From contig CADECW010000008.1 of assembly GCA_902825855.1 (NCBI GenBank), positions 37,522 to 101,521 on the forward strand: a stretch of 64,000 nt of DNA, given 5' to 3'. The notes below the pieces were generated by a model. That model was not told the DNA's origin, did no database searches, and saw only the letters and a program-made list of their open reading frames with translations. Position 1 is the first letter of the stretch, and every line of letters starts with the position of its first letter. The DNA comes from an uncultured Rhodospirillales bacterium. Its GTDB lineage: Bacteria > Pseudomonadota > Alphaproteobacteria > Reyranellales > Reyranellaceae. Below are positions 47,706 to 57,818 of this stretch, piece by piece. A program made the position numbers and the translations under genes.

Positions 47706-48815
47706 ATGCTTTGTTCAATTCAGCCTGCGGTCAATCGTGGGCGACAGTACGCGTTTCCGGTGGTGTGGGCTGCCGTATTCGCAACCGGCATGGGCCTCGG
47801 CGAGCCGCTGCCAGTTTTCGATGCCGCTTCCTTTCTTTCCTTCGCCCCGATCGGCAAGGCCCACGCCGCTTCGCCCGAGGAGGCGGCGCTGGTTTCCGTG
47901 AATGCCGAGCCTCAGGGGCTGACCTTCCTGCAGCCGCCGGCCGACGAGCCGGACGATATGCATCGCTCGATCATCGATCCGTCGATGGGCCATGGCCGCT
48001 TCGCCGCGCCCGGCAACGCCCTGCGCCGCCAGGTCCAGCTCCGCGCCGTCAGCCCGCGTACCGCCGACGAGCTGGCCGGGTTCTTCCGCGACGTGTCCTT
48101 CACGCTGCTCACCGACATCCGCCAGGGCGAGGCGGTGCCGCCCATCAAGGTCGACCGCGTGCCGGCCGATCTTGGCAACAAGGACGGCGTCGAACGCAAG
48201 CAGCTCTTCATAACCGCGATCCTGCCCGTGGTGCTGGAAGTCAATCAGCGCGTGATGGTCGACCGCGAGCAGCTGCTGGCATTGCGCGACAAGATCACCG
48301 TCGACCCGTACTCCATGAGCCCGATCGAGCGCATCTGGCTCGAGGATCTTGCCGAGCGCTACGAGACGACGGCCGATCGCATCGACGAGCTGGTGCGCCG
48401 CGTCGACATCGTGCCGCCATCGATGGCGATCGCCCAGGGCGGCGTCGAATCGGGCTGGGGCACTTCCTTCGCGGCGCGCACCGGCAACGCCTTGTTCGGA
48501 CAGATCCAGGCGGTCGGCCGACATAGCGTCGAAGTACCGTGGAAGCCGGGCAACGGCATGCCGCAGCCTTTCTCAAGCGTCGGTGAGGCCACCGAGGCCT
48601 ACATCACCAACCTCAATACGCATCCCGCCTATGCCGGTTTTCGCGACCAACGCGCGGCCGCGCGCAAACGCGGCGAGGATCTCGCGGGTTACCGCCTGGT
48701 CGGAACGTTGCTGCGTTATTCCGAGCGTGGCTTGGAGTACGTGCAGTTCGTGCGCCAGATCATGCGCGAGAACGACCTGCACGATTTCGACAAGGCCAAG
48801 CTTTCGGGATTTTAG
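47706..48815 (+). CDS. Glucosaminidase domain protein (Bax-like, GH73)
   Basis: RKQLFITAILP, MAIAQGGVESGWGTS, GNALFG, NLNTHPAY, YSERG. Confidence 0.85.
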   Translation: MLCSIQPAVNRGRQYAFPVVWAAVFATGMGLGEPLPVFDAASFLSFAPIGKAHAASPEEAALVSVNAEPQGLTFLQPPADEPDDMHRSIIDPSMGHGRFAAPGNALRRQVQLRAVSPRTADELAGFFRDVSFTLLTDIRQGEAVPPIKVDRVPADLGNKDGVERKQLFITAILPVVLEVNQRVMVDREQLLALRDKITVDPYSMSPIERIWLEDLAERYETTADRIDELVRRVDIVPPSMAIAQGGVESGWGTSFAARTGNALFGQIQAVGRHSVEVPWKPGNGMPQPFSSVGEATEAYITNLNTHPAYAGFRDQRAAARKRGEDLAGYRLVGTLLRYSERGLEYVQFVRQIMRENDLHDFDKAKLSGF

Positions 48816-48819
48816 GCCT

Positions 48820-49374
48820 TTACATCATCGGCCGTGGCAGGTCGGCGTCGCTGACCAGCGGGTAGCGGCGCTGGTCGAACAGCTGATAGTGCCACCATTC
48901 ATTGCGGTAGAAGTCCCAGCCGGCGCTGGTCATCAGTCCCATCAGCAGCAGCCGGTTGCGCTGGGCTTCGGTCGAGATGTCAGTGCGGCTGTGATGCGAC
49001 AGCGGGGTGAAGGCGTCGAACGCCGTTCCCATGTCGAGCTCGCGCTCGCCGTCCAGCAGGGTGAGGTCGACGGCGACGCCGCGCGAATGCGGCGAGCCAC
49101 GTCGCGGATCAGCAAGGAATTCCGGATCGGGCCGCGCATTCCATAGCGCCCATTGCGCCTCGACGGGGCGCAGCGCATCGAAGATCCGCAGCCTGAGCCC
49201 GAGCGGCCGGGCGAGCGCGATTGCTGCACCAAGCCTGTCGGCTGCTTCGCGATGCAGCCAGCATTCGGCATTCCGGTAGACCGGCTGCCCCGTTAGATTG
49301 GCCTCCGTCGCGTAGGCGAGCGTCACATCGACGTCGAAGTCCGGCGGGGCGATGGCAACGAGATCGAGCTTCAT
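48820..49374 (-). CDS. ddpX: D-alanyl-D-alanine dipeptidase (VanX family)
   Basis: YATEANLTG, DALRP, SPHSRGVAVD, DMGTAFD, EWWH. Confidence 0.93.
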   Translation of the reverse strand: MKLDLVAIAPPDFDVDVTLAYATEANLTGQPVYRNAECWLHREAADRLGAAIALARPLGLRLRIFDALRPVEAQWALWNARPDPEFLADPRRGSPHSRGVAVDLTLLDGERELDMGTAFDAFTPLSHHSRTDISTEAQRNRLLLMGLMTSAGWDFYRNEWWHYQLFDQRRYPLVSDADLPRPMM

Positions 49375-49389
49375 GATCCTAGAATACAC

Positions 49390-50076
49390 ATGACGGTCCT
49401 CGCCTTCGATTGCGCCGTCAGCGGCATGACCGTTGCCGTGGTTCGGCATGGCGTACGCCTTGCCGGCCTTGCCGGAGAAGGCCGCGACCAGGCGGCGCGC
49501 CTCTTGCCTGCGATCGCCACCGTTCTCGCCGAAGCTCGAATCGACCGGCGCGACCTGTCGCTCATCGCGGCGACCGTGGGGCCCGGCAGTTTCACCGGCG
49601 TGCGAGTCGGCCTTGCCGCCGCCCGAGGACTGGCTGTCGGCCTGGGGGTGCCGCTGGCCGGCATTCCCACGACATCGGTTCTGCTCGCGCAGTCACACTC
49701 CGAAGAGCGAGTGGCGGTCGCCGCCATCGACAGCCGGCTGGGCGATTGGTTCTGCGCCATCGATGAGGCCTTGGGCGGCGAGCTTGAGGCACCTTTTTCG
49801 TCTTCGGCTCACGGCCTTGCCGATCGTATCGCCGGCCGTGCTTGCGTCGTCATCGGTACGGGCGTGAAACCGCTGGTGGCCGCTCTGGTGGCTGCCGGCA
49901 TCGACGCCGTCGCAGAAGAAGCTGTCCCCGATCCGGTTGTGCTGGCTCGTCTCGCCGACGCCACGGGCATCGATGCCTGGCGCGCGCACAATGAGCGGGA
50001 GGGGCTGCCGCGACCGCAGTACTTGCGTGGCGTCAACATCACGCTGCCCGACGGCGCGCGCCGCACCGTCGATTGA
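49390..50076 (+). CDS. tsaB: tRNA threonylcarbamoyladenosine biosynthesis protein TsaB
   Basis: VLAFDC, GPGSFTGVRVG, PQYLR. Confidence 0.92.
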   Translation: MTVLAFDCAVSGMTVAVVRHGVRLAGLAGEGRDQAARLLPAIATVLAEARIDRRDLSLIAATVGPGSFTGVRVGLAAARGLAVGLGVPLAGIPTTSVLLAQSHSEERVAVAAIDSRLGDWFCAIDEALGGELEAPFSSSAHGLADRIAGRACVVIGTGVKPLVAALVAAGIDAVAEEAVPDPVVLARLADATGIDAWRAHNEREGLPRPQYLRGVNITLPDGARRTVD

Positions 50077-50547
50077 ATGGCCGACCATTTCGTCATCGCG
50101 CCGCTGGGGGCGCTCGATCTCGACCGGGCGGCGGCATTGCATGCCGAATCGTTCACGCCCTTCGGCGAGCACATCTGGACACGGCAGGACCTCGCCGAAC
50201 TCATGGCGTTGCCGGGAATGGCCGGGCTGCTGCTGCAGGTCGATGGGCAAGATGCGGGCTTCGCGGTATGCCAGGTAGCCGCCGACGAAGCGGAACTCCT
50301 GACCCTGGCCGTGCGGCCGGCCTGTCGCCGCCGCGGCGGTGCCCGCCGGCTGCTCGCAGCAGTCATCGATCATGTGCGCGGGAAAGGCGCGCGGGCGCTA
50401 TTCCTTGAAGTCGGCGTGGATAATCCGGCGGCGCGACGCCTCTATGAATCGCACGGCTTTCGCGCGGTCGGCGAACGCCGTGCCTACTACCAGCGCGGCC
50501 AGGCACCACCGGCCGATGGCATCGTCATGCGTCTCAATCTCATCTGA
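50077..50547 (+). CDS. rimI: RimI-type GNAT acetyltransferase
   Basis: DEAELLTLAV, RRRGGA, LEVGVDN, GERRAYY; follows tsaB. Confidence 0.88.
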   Translation: MADHFVIAPLGALDLDRAAALHAESFTPFGEHIWTRQDLAELMALPGMAGLLLQVDGQDAGFAVCQVAADEAELLTLAVRPACRRRGGARRLLAAVIDHVRGKGARALFLEVGVDNPAARRLYESHGFRAVGERRAYYQRGQAPPADGIVMRLNLI

Positions 50548-50558
50548 CGGATCGATGG

Positions 50559-50792
50559 TCACGCCCGCCGGATGGTTACGATATGGGCATCGCCTGTATC
50601 TTCGATCGACAGGATGTCATGGCCTTCCTCCCGCGCCGCGCGGGGCACGTTGCGCAAAGGTTCTTCGCCGCTGAGGCGGACGCTCAAAATCTCGCCCGGC
50701 TTCATGCGCTCGAGTCTGAGCTTCGTCCGCACGAAGGTCATCGGGCAGACCTCGTCCGTGATGTCGATCGTCTGGTCCGGCTGGATTGTCAT
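50559..50792 (-). CDS. TusA family sulfur carrier
   Basis: IDITDEVCPMTFVRTKL, GEILSVRL, NVPR. Confidence 0.87.
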   Translation of the reverse strand: MTIQPDQTIDITDEVCPMTFVRTKLRLERMKPGEILSVRLSGEEPLRNVPRAAREEGHDILSIEDTGDAHIVTIRRA

Positions 50793-50840
50793 CACCCGAC
50801 AACTATACCGCGACCGCAGAGCGGTGTAGGGTGAGATTGC

Positions 50841-51278
50841 ATGCCAGATCGCAAGTCCAAGCTCGAGATACTTTGCGCCGAACGTGGTCTCAAGATGACC
50901 GACCAACGACGCGTGATCGCGCGTGTTCTCTCGGAGGCCCACGATCATCCGGATGTCGAGGCGGTGCATCGTCGCGCGACTGCCATCGATCCCAACATCT
51001 CGATCGCCACCGTCTACCGGACCGTGCGACTCTTCGAGGAAGCCGGCATTCTCGCCAAGCACGACTTCGGAGATGGCCGCGCGCGCTATGAAGAAACGCC
51101 GGATGAGCACCACGATCACCTGATCGATATCCAGAGCGGCAAGGTCGTGGAATTCCACAACGACGAGATCGAGGAACTGCAGCGCCGGATCGCTGAAAAG
51201 GCCGGCTACAAGCTGGTCGGCCACCGTTTGGAACTGTACGGTGTTCCCCTGGACGGGAAAAACAGTCGCCAAAAATGA
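50841..51278 (+). CDS. fur: Fur family regulator (Fur/Mur)
   Basis: MTDQRRVI, ATVYRTVRLF, HHDHLID, HRLELYG. Confidence 0.93.
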   Translation: MPDRKSKLEILCAERGLKMTDQRRVIARVLSEAHDHPDVEAVHRRATAIDPNISIATVYRTVRLFEEAGILAKHDFGDGRARYEETPDEHHDHLIDIQSGKVVEFHNDEIEELQRRIAEKAGYKLVGHRLELYGVPLDGKNSRQK

Positions 51279-51344
51279 GTGGACGAGGCCATTGCTACCC
51301 CGATAATGGAGCGATGATCGGGGCGGCCCCCTTGCGGATTCAAG

Positions 51345-52196
51345 ATGCGCATCGACCGCGCTGACAGCGAAGCCGAACTGCTTGGTGCGCCCGCCTCAAG
51401 TGCGGACATCGTCAAGGTTGTTGCCGGCGACTTCGAGGTTCGCTTAGCTGAGAATGCGGCCGAGGTCGATGCCGCCCAGGCGCTTCGCTATCGGGTGTTT
51501 TACGAAGAGATGACAGCGCATCCGACACCGGAGATGGCGGCGCTGCGTCGTGATTTCGACGACTTCGATACGGTCTGCGATCACCTGCTGGTGCTCGATC
51601 GTCGGCGCGGCGGTGGCCCGGAAGGAATCGTCGGCACCTATCGCCTCATCCGCCGCTCGGCCGCAGCAAAGATGGGCCGCTTTTATTCATCGGCCGAGTA
51701 CGACATCCAGCCGATGATCGACTATCCCGGCGAGGTCCTCGAGCTCGGCCGCTCGTGCATCGCGAAGGACGCCCGCAACACCGCCACCATGCAGATGCTG
51801 TGGCGCGGCATCGCGCTCTACTCCTCCCACTACAACATCCAGGTCATGTTCGGCTGCCCCAGCATGCCGGGCACCGATCCGTCGCAGCATTCGCTCGCGA
51901 TGAGCTACCTCTATCACCATCACCTTGCGCCGCCGGAGATTCGCGTGCGCGCGCTGGCCAGCCGTTACGTCAAGATGGACGTGCTTGAACCCGGCAGCTA
52001 CGACCCGCGCAAGGCGATGGCGCGCGTGCCGCCGATCATCAAGGGTTATCTCCGGCTGGGCGGTTTCGTCGGCGACGGCGCGGTGATCGATCCGGAGTTC
52101 GGCACGACCGACGTCTTCATCATCGTCAAGACGGAAATCATCACCGAAAAGTACATCCGCCACTACGAACGCGGGATGAGCGAACAGGAAGGCTGA
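51345..52196 (+). CDS. olsB: GNAT N-acyltransferase, ornithine lipid synthase OlsB-like
   Basis: AQALRYRVFYEE, CDHLLV, VGTYRL, ELGRSC, PPIIKGYLRLG. Confidence 0.85.
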   Translation: MRIDRADSEAELLGAPASSADIVKVVAGDFEVRLAENAAEVDAAQALRYRVFYEEMTAHPTPEMAALRRDFDDFDTVCDHLLVLDRRRGGGPEGIVGTYRLIRRSAAAKMGRFYSSAEYDIQPMIDYPGEVLELGRSCIAKDARNTATMQMLWRGIALYSSHYNIQVMFGCPSMPGTDPSQHSLAMSYLYHHHLAPPEIRVRALASRYVKMDVLEPGSYDPRKAMARVPPIIKGYLRLGGFVGDGAVIDPEFGTTDVFIIVKTEIITEKYIRHYERGMSEQEG

Positions 52197-52211
52197 CGTC
52201 TACGACGCTGC

Positions 52212-53027
52212 ATGTGGATCGGTTCCCCTCTGCGTGGCGCCTTCCGGCTGCTCTGCTATCTTTCGGTGACCCTCGTCCTGGTGCCGGTCTATCTCCTGGC
52301 CATGGCGTTGCGCATCCGCCCGGTGATTCGCTGGATGCCGGTTGCCTATCATCGCCTCGTCTGCACCATCCTCGGCATCAAGGTGCGAGTGCACGGCCGG
52401 CGCTCGGACGTGATTCCGACGCTCTATGTCTGCAATCACGTCTCCTATCTCGACATCGAGGTGCTGGGTGGACTGATCCCGGGCAGCTTCGTCGCGAAGG
52501 CCGAGGTCGCGACCTGGCCGTTCTTCTCTACGCTCGCCAAGGCACAGCGAACGATCTTCATCGAACGGAGCAGCGGCAAGACCAGCCGGAGCCGCGACGA
52601 GATGATGAGCCGGCTGAACACGGGCGACAATCTCATGCTGTTTCCCGAGGGCACCTCGAGCGACGGCCAGCGCGTATTGCCTTTCCGCAGCGCCCTGTTC
52701 GGTGTTGCCCAGTTGCGCCGCGACGAGAAGCCCATCGCGGTGCAGTCGGTGGCCATCGCCTATACCCGCCTCGACGGCATTCCGCTCGGCCGCTACTGGC
52801 GGCCGCTTTTCGCCTGGTTCGGCGATCTCGATCTGGTGCCGCATCTTTGGCAGATGGTCTGCCTGGGCGAGACCGAGGCCATCGTCACCTTCTTCCCTCC
52901 GGTCGACATCGACAAGCTCGGCGACCGCAAGAAGCTCTGCGAGTACTGTTTCAAGCAGGTGTCATCCGCCGTCCAGGCGGCCAATTCCGGCCGCTACGAG
53001 CTGCTCCCGCCGAACAAGGCGGCCTAG
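52212..53027 (+). CDS. Lysophospholipid acyltransferase (OlsA/PlsC family)
   Basis: NHVSYLD, FVAKAEV, FPEGTSSDG; adjacent to olsB. Confidence 0.9.
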   Translation: MWIGSPLRGAFRLLCYLSVTLVLVPVYLLAMALRIRPVIRWMPVAYHRLVCTILGIKVRVHGRRSDVIPTLYVCNHVSYLDIEVLGGLIPGSFVAKAEVATWPFFSTLAKAQRTIFIERSSGKTSRSRDEMMSRLNTGDNLMLFPEGTSSDGQRVLPFRSALFGVAQLRRDEKPIAVQSVAIAYTRLDGIPLGRYWRPLFAWFGDLDLVPHLWQMVCLGETEAIVTFFPPVDIDKLGDRKKLCEYCFKQVSSAVQAANSGRYELLPPNKAA

Positions 53028-53128
53028 CCGCCCTGCGGGCTTGCCCGCGCCGCGGGTGAGGGCGATGGCGGGAGTCGACCGCTGCCCCGCGCAATGATAA
53101 AACCCGGCCGTTCCTGCAACGGAGACCG

Positions 53129-54556
53129 ATGACCGACGTCCGCACCGACGGGCTGCGCAAGGATGGGCAGCGCAAGCGCGTGTTCATCCGCACCTACGGG
53201 TGCCAGATGAACGTCTACGATTCGGACCGCATGGCCGACGTCCTGCGGCCGCTGGGCTATGACGCGGCCGCCACACCCGAGCAGGCCGATCTCGTCGTAC
53301 TGAACACCTGCCATATCCGTGAGCATGCCTCGGAGAAGGTCTATTCCGAGCTTGGCCGCCTGCGCGATGCCAAGCACGAGCGCCGTGCCGACGGCGGGGA
53401 CCTCACCATCGCCGTCGCCGGCTGCGTCGCCCAGGCCGAGGGCGAGGAGATCGTGCGTCGCCAGCCTGCCGTCGACATCGTCGTCGGGCCGCAGGCCTAC
53501 CATCGCCTGCCCGAGCTTTTGGCCGAGGTCGAGCGCAAGGCCGCAGTCCGCCGCGCCGGCAAGCGCCTGCCCGGCGCGGGCGTGCTCGACACCGACTTCC
53601 CGGCCGAGAGCAAGTTCGATCATCTGCCCGCGCCGCAGGGCGGGCGCGCCGGGTCGGCCTTTCTCTCGATCCAGGAGGGCTGCGACAAGTTCTGCACCTT
53701 CTGCGTCGTGCCCTATACGCGGGGCGCCGAATTTTCGCGCCCAGTCGCCGCGGTGCTGAGCGAGGCGCGGCAGCTCGTGGCCGCTGGCGCGATCGAACTC
53801 ACGCTGCTCGGCCAGAACGTCAACGCCTATCACGGCGAGGCGGCGGATGGTTCGACGTGGTCGCTGGCCCGGCTGATCCGTGGCCTGGCCGAGATCAATG
53901 GAGTGGCGCGCATCCGCTACACGACCTCCCATCCGCGTGACATGGACGACGATCTGATTACGGCCCACGGCGCAGTGCCGCAGCTCATGCCGTACCTGCA
54001 CCTGCCGGTGCAGTCGGGTTCCGACCGCATTCTCGAAGCGATGAACCGGCGCCACGGCCGCGATCTCTTCCTCAGGCTCGTCGATCGCTTGCGCCACGCG
54101 CGCGCCGACCTTGCGCTCTCCTCGGACTTCATCGTCGGCTTTCCCGGCGAACATGATTCGGACTTCGACGACACGATGCGCCTGGTCGACCAGGTGGGTT
54201 TCGCTTCGGCCTTCTCCTTCAAGTACAGCCGCCGACCCGGTACACCAGGCGCGGCGATGCCTGACCAGGTAGCGGAGGCGGTGAAGTCCGCACGCCTCGC
54301 CGCTCTCCAGGCGCTGCTCGGTCGCCAGGCGCGCGACTTCAACCTCTCCAAGGTCGGCGCCACGGTGCCGGTGCTGTTCGCCGAAACCGGCCGCAAGGTC
54401 GGTCAGATCGTCGGCAAGACGCCGTGGCTGCAGTCGGTCTATGCCGAAGGCAGTGAACGGCTGATTGGCCGCATCGTCGAGGCCCGCCTGATCGAAGGCC
54501 ATGCCAACAGCCTGGCCGGCCGGATCGTCACCGGCACCTACGAGGCCGCCGCGTGA
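53129..54556 (+). CDS. miaB: tRNA methylthiotransferase MiaB
   Basis: [26 protein letters not shown] radical SAM motif, TRAM tail. Confidence 0.97.
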   Translation: MTDVRTDGLRKDGQRKRVFIRTYGCQMNVYDSDRMADVLRPLGYDAAATPEQADLVVLNTCHIREHASEKVYSELGRLRDAKHERRADGGDLTIAVAGCVAQAEGEEIVRRQPAVDIVVGPQAYHRLPELLAEVERKAAVRRAGKRLPGAGVLDTDFPAESKFDHLPAPQGGRAGSAFLSIQEGCDKFCTFCVVPYTRGAEFSRPVAAVLSEARQLVAAGAIELTLLGQNVNAYHGEAADGSTWSLARLIRGLAEINGVARIRYTTSHPRDMDDDLITAHGAVPQLMPYLHLPVQSGSDRILEAMNRRHGRDLFLRLVDRLRHARADLALSSDFIVGFPGEHDSDFDDTMRLVDQVGFASAFSFKYSRRPGTPGAAMPDQVAEAVKSARLAALQALLGRQARDFNLSKVGATVPVLFAETGRKVGQIVGKTPWLQSVYAEGSERLIGRIVEARLIEGHANSLAGRIVTGTYEAAA

Positions 54557-55536
54557 GCGATACGGCCGCCACTGGTCGGTCTTCCGACGTACGTCGCATG
54601 ACGTTCGACGACAACGCGCTGCTGCCCGTGCTCTACGGCAACCATGACCGGCACCTGGTGCGTATCGAACAGCTCGCCAATGTGCAGTTGAGCGCGCGCG
54701 GCAACCAGCTCGCCATCGCCGGGGCAGCCGACGATGCTGCGATCGCGCACAAGGCCATCGCCGGCCTCTACGAGCGGCTGAAGCGAGGCCTGTCGATCGA
54801 GGTCGCCGACGTCGATGCCGCGGTGCGCTTCGCCCGGACCGGCGGCGAAGGCGGCGACAATGACGGTATCCGCACGCGGCGCCGCACCGTGCAGGCGCGC
54901 TCGCCCGGCCAACGCACCTATCTCGCCGCGCTGCGCGAGCGCGACATGGTGTTTGCGCTGGGGCCGGCGGGCAGCGGCAAGACCTATCTGGCGGTCGCCA
55001 TGGGCGTGTCGCTGCTGCTTGCGGGCAAGGTCGAGCGCATCGTGCTGTCGCGGCCTGCGGTCGAAGCCGGCGAGCGGCTGGGCTTCCTGCCGGGCGACAT
55101 GAAGGAGAAGATCGATCCTTATCTGCGGCCACTCTACGACGCCCTGCACGACATGTTGCCGGCCGAGCAGATCGCCAACCGCATGGAGTCCGGTGAGATC
55201 GAGATCGCGCCGCTCGCCTTCATGCGCGGCCGCACGTTGGCGCACTGCTACGTGATCCTGGACGAAGCGCAGAACACCACGCCCATGCAGATGCGCATGT
55301 TCCTGACGCGGCTGGGCGAGGGCTCGCGCATGGTGATCACCGGCGATCCCAGCCAGACCGACCTGCCGGGCGGCCAGCGCTCGGGTCTGGCGGATGCCGT
55401 CGAAACCTTGAAGAACGTCGATGGCGTGCGCTTCATCCGGCTGACATCGCAGGACGTCGTGCGCCACGACCTGGTGACCCGCATCGTCGAGGCCTATGAC
55501 GCGCGCGACAGGAAGAGCAAGCCGGACAACCGTTGA
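54553..55536 (+). CDS. phoH: PhoH family protein
   Basis: [34 protein letters not shown]. Confidence 0.95.
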   Translation: MSDTAATGRSSDVRRMTFDDNALLPVLYGNHDRHLVRIEQLANVQLSARGNQLAIAGAADDAAIAHKAIAGLYERLKRGLSIEVADVDAAVRFARTGGEGGDNDGIRTRRRTVQARSPGQRTYLAALRERDMVFALGPAGSGKTYLAVAMGVSLLLAGKVERIVLSRPAVEAGERLGFLPGDMKEKIDPYLRPLYDALHDMLPAEQIANRMESGEIEIAPLAFMRGRTLAHCYVILDEAQNTTPMQMRMFLTRLGEGSRMVITGDPSQTDLPGGQRSGLADAVETLKNVDGVRFIRLTSQDVVRHDLVTRIVEAYDARDRKSKPDNR

Positions 55537-55957
55537 TGTCGTCGTGCTCGACGCGGCCTGGACCAAGGCCATGCCGGGCGTCGAGCGCCTGGTGCGCAAG
55601 GCTGCGCGCGCCGCGGCCGGCAATCGCAAGCGCTCCCTCACCATCGCGCTTGCCGACGACCGCCGTGTGCGCGTGCTTAACGCACGCGATCGCAAGAAAG
55701 ACAGGCCGACCAACGTGTTGTCCTACCCTTCGGGCGAGCGCGTATTCCTGGGCGATGTCGTCCTTGCGCGCCAGACCGTCTGGCGAGAGGCCAAGTCGCA
55801 AGGCAAGACGCCGGCCGATCATCTCGGCCATCTCGTCGTGCATGGCACGCTCCATCTGATGGGCTACGATCACGAGACGAGCGAGGCCGACGCCGAGCGC
55901 ATGGAGGCGCTGGAGCGGCGGATCCTCGCCAAGCTCGGTATCTCTGATCCGTACTGA
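55496..55957 (+). CDS. ybeY: rRNA maturation RNase YbeY
   Basis: PTNVLSYP, LGDVVLA, HGTLHLMGYDH; start uncertain (overlaps phoH end). Confidence 0.92.
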   Translation: MTRATGRASRTTVDVVVLDAAWTKAMPGVERLVRKAARAAAGNRKRSLTIALADDRRVRVLNARDRKKDRPTNVLSYPSGERVFLGDVVLARQTVWREAKSQGKTPADHLGHLVVHGTLHLMGYDHETSEADAERMEALERRILAKLGISDPY

Positions 55958-55972
55958 AGGAAGGAATCGACA

Positions 55973-56908
55973 ATGCGGGTGGGATTCATTGGCCTGGGCA
56001 CGATGGGCTCGGGCATCTCGGCCAATATGCGCAAGGGCGGCCACGAGATGGTGGTGCACGACATGCGGCGCCAGGCGGCCGAAAAGATCTGCGCCGCCGG
56101 CGCCGAATGGGCCGATTCGCCAAAGGCTGTCGCCGAAGCGACGGAAGTCGTCTTCACCTCGTTGCCGGGGCCGAAGGAATTCGAAGCCGTCGTGAAGGGA
56201 GACAAAGGATTGCTTGCCGGCATGTCGCGTGGCCAGCCGCTGTTCGATCTCACGACCAATTCACCGACCGTCATTCGCGGCCTCGAACCGCTGTTCAAGG
56301 AGCGTGGCGCCGTGCTGCTCGACAGCCCGGTGAGCGGCGGTCCGGCCGGCGCCCACTCGGGCAAGATGGCGATCTGGGTCGGCGGCGACGAGCAGGTCTT
56401 CCAGCGTTACCGCCCCGTGCTCGACGCGGCGGGCGACCAGGTTTCCTACATCGGCCCGATCGGCTCGGCGTCGGTTGCCAAGCTGGTGCACAATCTCAGC
56501 GGCTACATGATCCAGACGGCGCTTGCCGAAGCCTTCACAATGGGCGTGAAGGCCGGCGTCGATCCGTTGACCTTGTGGAAGGCCGTGCGCAATGGCGTCA
56601 CCGGCCGGCGGCGCACCTTCGATGGCCTTGCTGACCATTTCCTGCCCGACATCTTCGACCCGCCGCGCTTTGCGCTGAAACTCGCGCACAAGGACGTGTC
56701 GCTTGCCACTCAGGTCGGCCGCGAGATGGGTGTGCCGATGCGGCTTGCCAACCTGACGCTCGAAGAGATGACCGAGGCCTTGGCCCGCGGTTGGGAGGGT
56801 CGCGATTCGCGCTCCTCGATGATCCTGCAGAAGGAGCGGTCGGGCCTCACGATCAAGGTCGACCCTGCCGATATCGCCGCCGCGCTGCGCGACAAGAGCA
56901 ACGCGTAG
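55973..56908 (+). CDS. NAD(P)-dependent oxidoreductase (3-hydroxyisobutyrate dehydrogenase family)
   Basis: GFIGLGTMG, DSPVSGG, AKLVHN, FALKLAHKD. Confidence 0.92.
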   Translation: MRVGFIGLGTMGSGISANMRKGGHEMVVHDMRRQAAEKICAAGAEWADSPKAVAEATEVVFTSLPGPKEFEAVVKGDKGLLAGMSRGQPLFDLTTNSPTVIRGLEPLFKERGAVLLDSPVSGGPAGAHSGKMAIWVGGDEQVFQRYRPVLDAAGDQVSYIGPIGSASVAKLVHNLSGYMIQTALAEAFTMGVKAGVDPLTLWKAVRNGVTGRRRTFDGLADHFLPDIFDPPRFALKLAHKDVSLATQVGREMGVPMRLANLTLEEMTEALARGWEGRDSRSSMILQKERSGLTIKVDPADIAAALRDKSNA

Positions 56909-56940
56909 AGCAGCGGCTAGAGAGCACTGGGGATGCGTGA

Positions 56941-57768
56941 TTAAAGCATCTCCAACGCCTGCTTGCCTTTGGGCGGCGGGAAGGCGCGGTCGAGTTCGGC
57001 AGTGATCTCGGGCGTGAGCTTGACGTCGAGCCCGCCGAGATTCTCCTTCACGCGGTCGCGGCTGGAAGATTTGGGGATCGTGACCACGCCCGGCTGGCCC
57101 ATCACCCAGGCGAGCGCCAGCTGCGCGGGCGTGCAGCCGATGCCGTTGGCGAGCTTCTTCAGCGCGGGGCTGGTGAGCAGGCGGCCCTGGTCGAGCGGTG
57201 AATAGGCCATCAAGGGTATCGACTTCTTGCGCATCAGCGGCAGCAGGTCGAACTCCGGCCCGCGCCGCGACAGGCAATACAGCACCTGGTTGGAACCGGT
57301 CAGGCCGTTGTCGAGGCGGCCGGCATCCTCCATGTCGCCGCGGTCGAAGTTGCTGACGCCGAAGTCGCCGATCTTGCCTTGTTCGCGCAGGCGATGGAAC
57401 GCCGCGAATGTCTCCTCAAGTCGCGCGCCACCGCGCCAGTGTAGAAGGTAGAGATCGATCTTCTCGATGCCCATGCGCTTGAGGCTGCGCTCACAGGCTG
57501 CGACGGTGCCTGAGCGTGTCGCATTGTGGGGATAGACCTTGCTCACGATGTAAGGTTTGGCCCGCCGCTTGATCGCCTCCCCGACGATTTCCTCGGCAGC
57601 GCCCTCTCCGTACATCTCGGCCGTATCGATCATGGGATAGCCGAGTTCCAGCCCGTACTTCAGTGCATCGAGCTCGTCGGCCCTGCGCCGGCTGCTCTCG
57701 CCCATGCGCCAGGTTCCAAGGCCAAGGATCGGCATGGCCGCGCCGGAAGGAAGTTTGCAGGAACGCAT
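56941..57768 (-). CDS. Aldo/keto reductase
   Basis: LGLGTW, IDTAEMY, DLYLLHW, GVSNF, AYSPL, IPKS. Confidence 0.93.
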   Translation of the reverse strand: MRSCKLPSGAAMPILGLGTWRMGESSRRRADELDALKYGLELGYPMIDTAEMYGEGAAEEIVGEAIKRRAKPYIVSKVYPHNATRSGTVAACERSLKRMGIEKIDLYLLHWRGGARLEETFAAFHRLREQGKIGDFGVSNFDRGDMEDAGRLDNGLTGSNQVLYCLSRRGPEFDLLPLMRKKSIPLMAYSPLDQGRLLTSPALKKLANGIGCTPAQLALAWVMGQPGVVTIPKSSSRDRVKENLGGLDVKLTPEITAELDRAFPPPKGKQALEML

Positions 57769-57818
57769 AAGGAACATCCGTCGTTGCAACGCAGCAGCGA
57801 TAGCCTATCTTAATCCCC

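Noticed and set aside
48820-49374. VanX-like gene plus DpgC as a glycopeptide resistance or biosynthesis cluster
   Set aside because: They are 23 kb apart, with no vanH/vanA, NRPS or dpgA; DdpX is common in Gram-negative bacteria.
53024-55132. 702-aa minus-strand ORF and similar long Arg/Ala/Pro-rich ORFs (252..2303, 7320..9101, 38412..40115, 41407..43446, 60852..62387)
   Set aside because: Antisense or off-frame shadows of well-supported genes, with no motifs.
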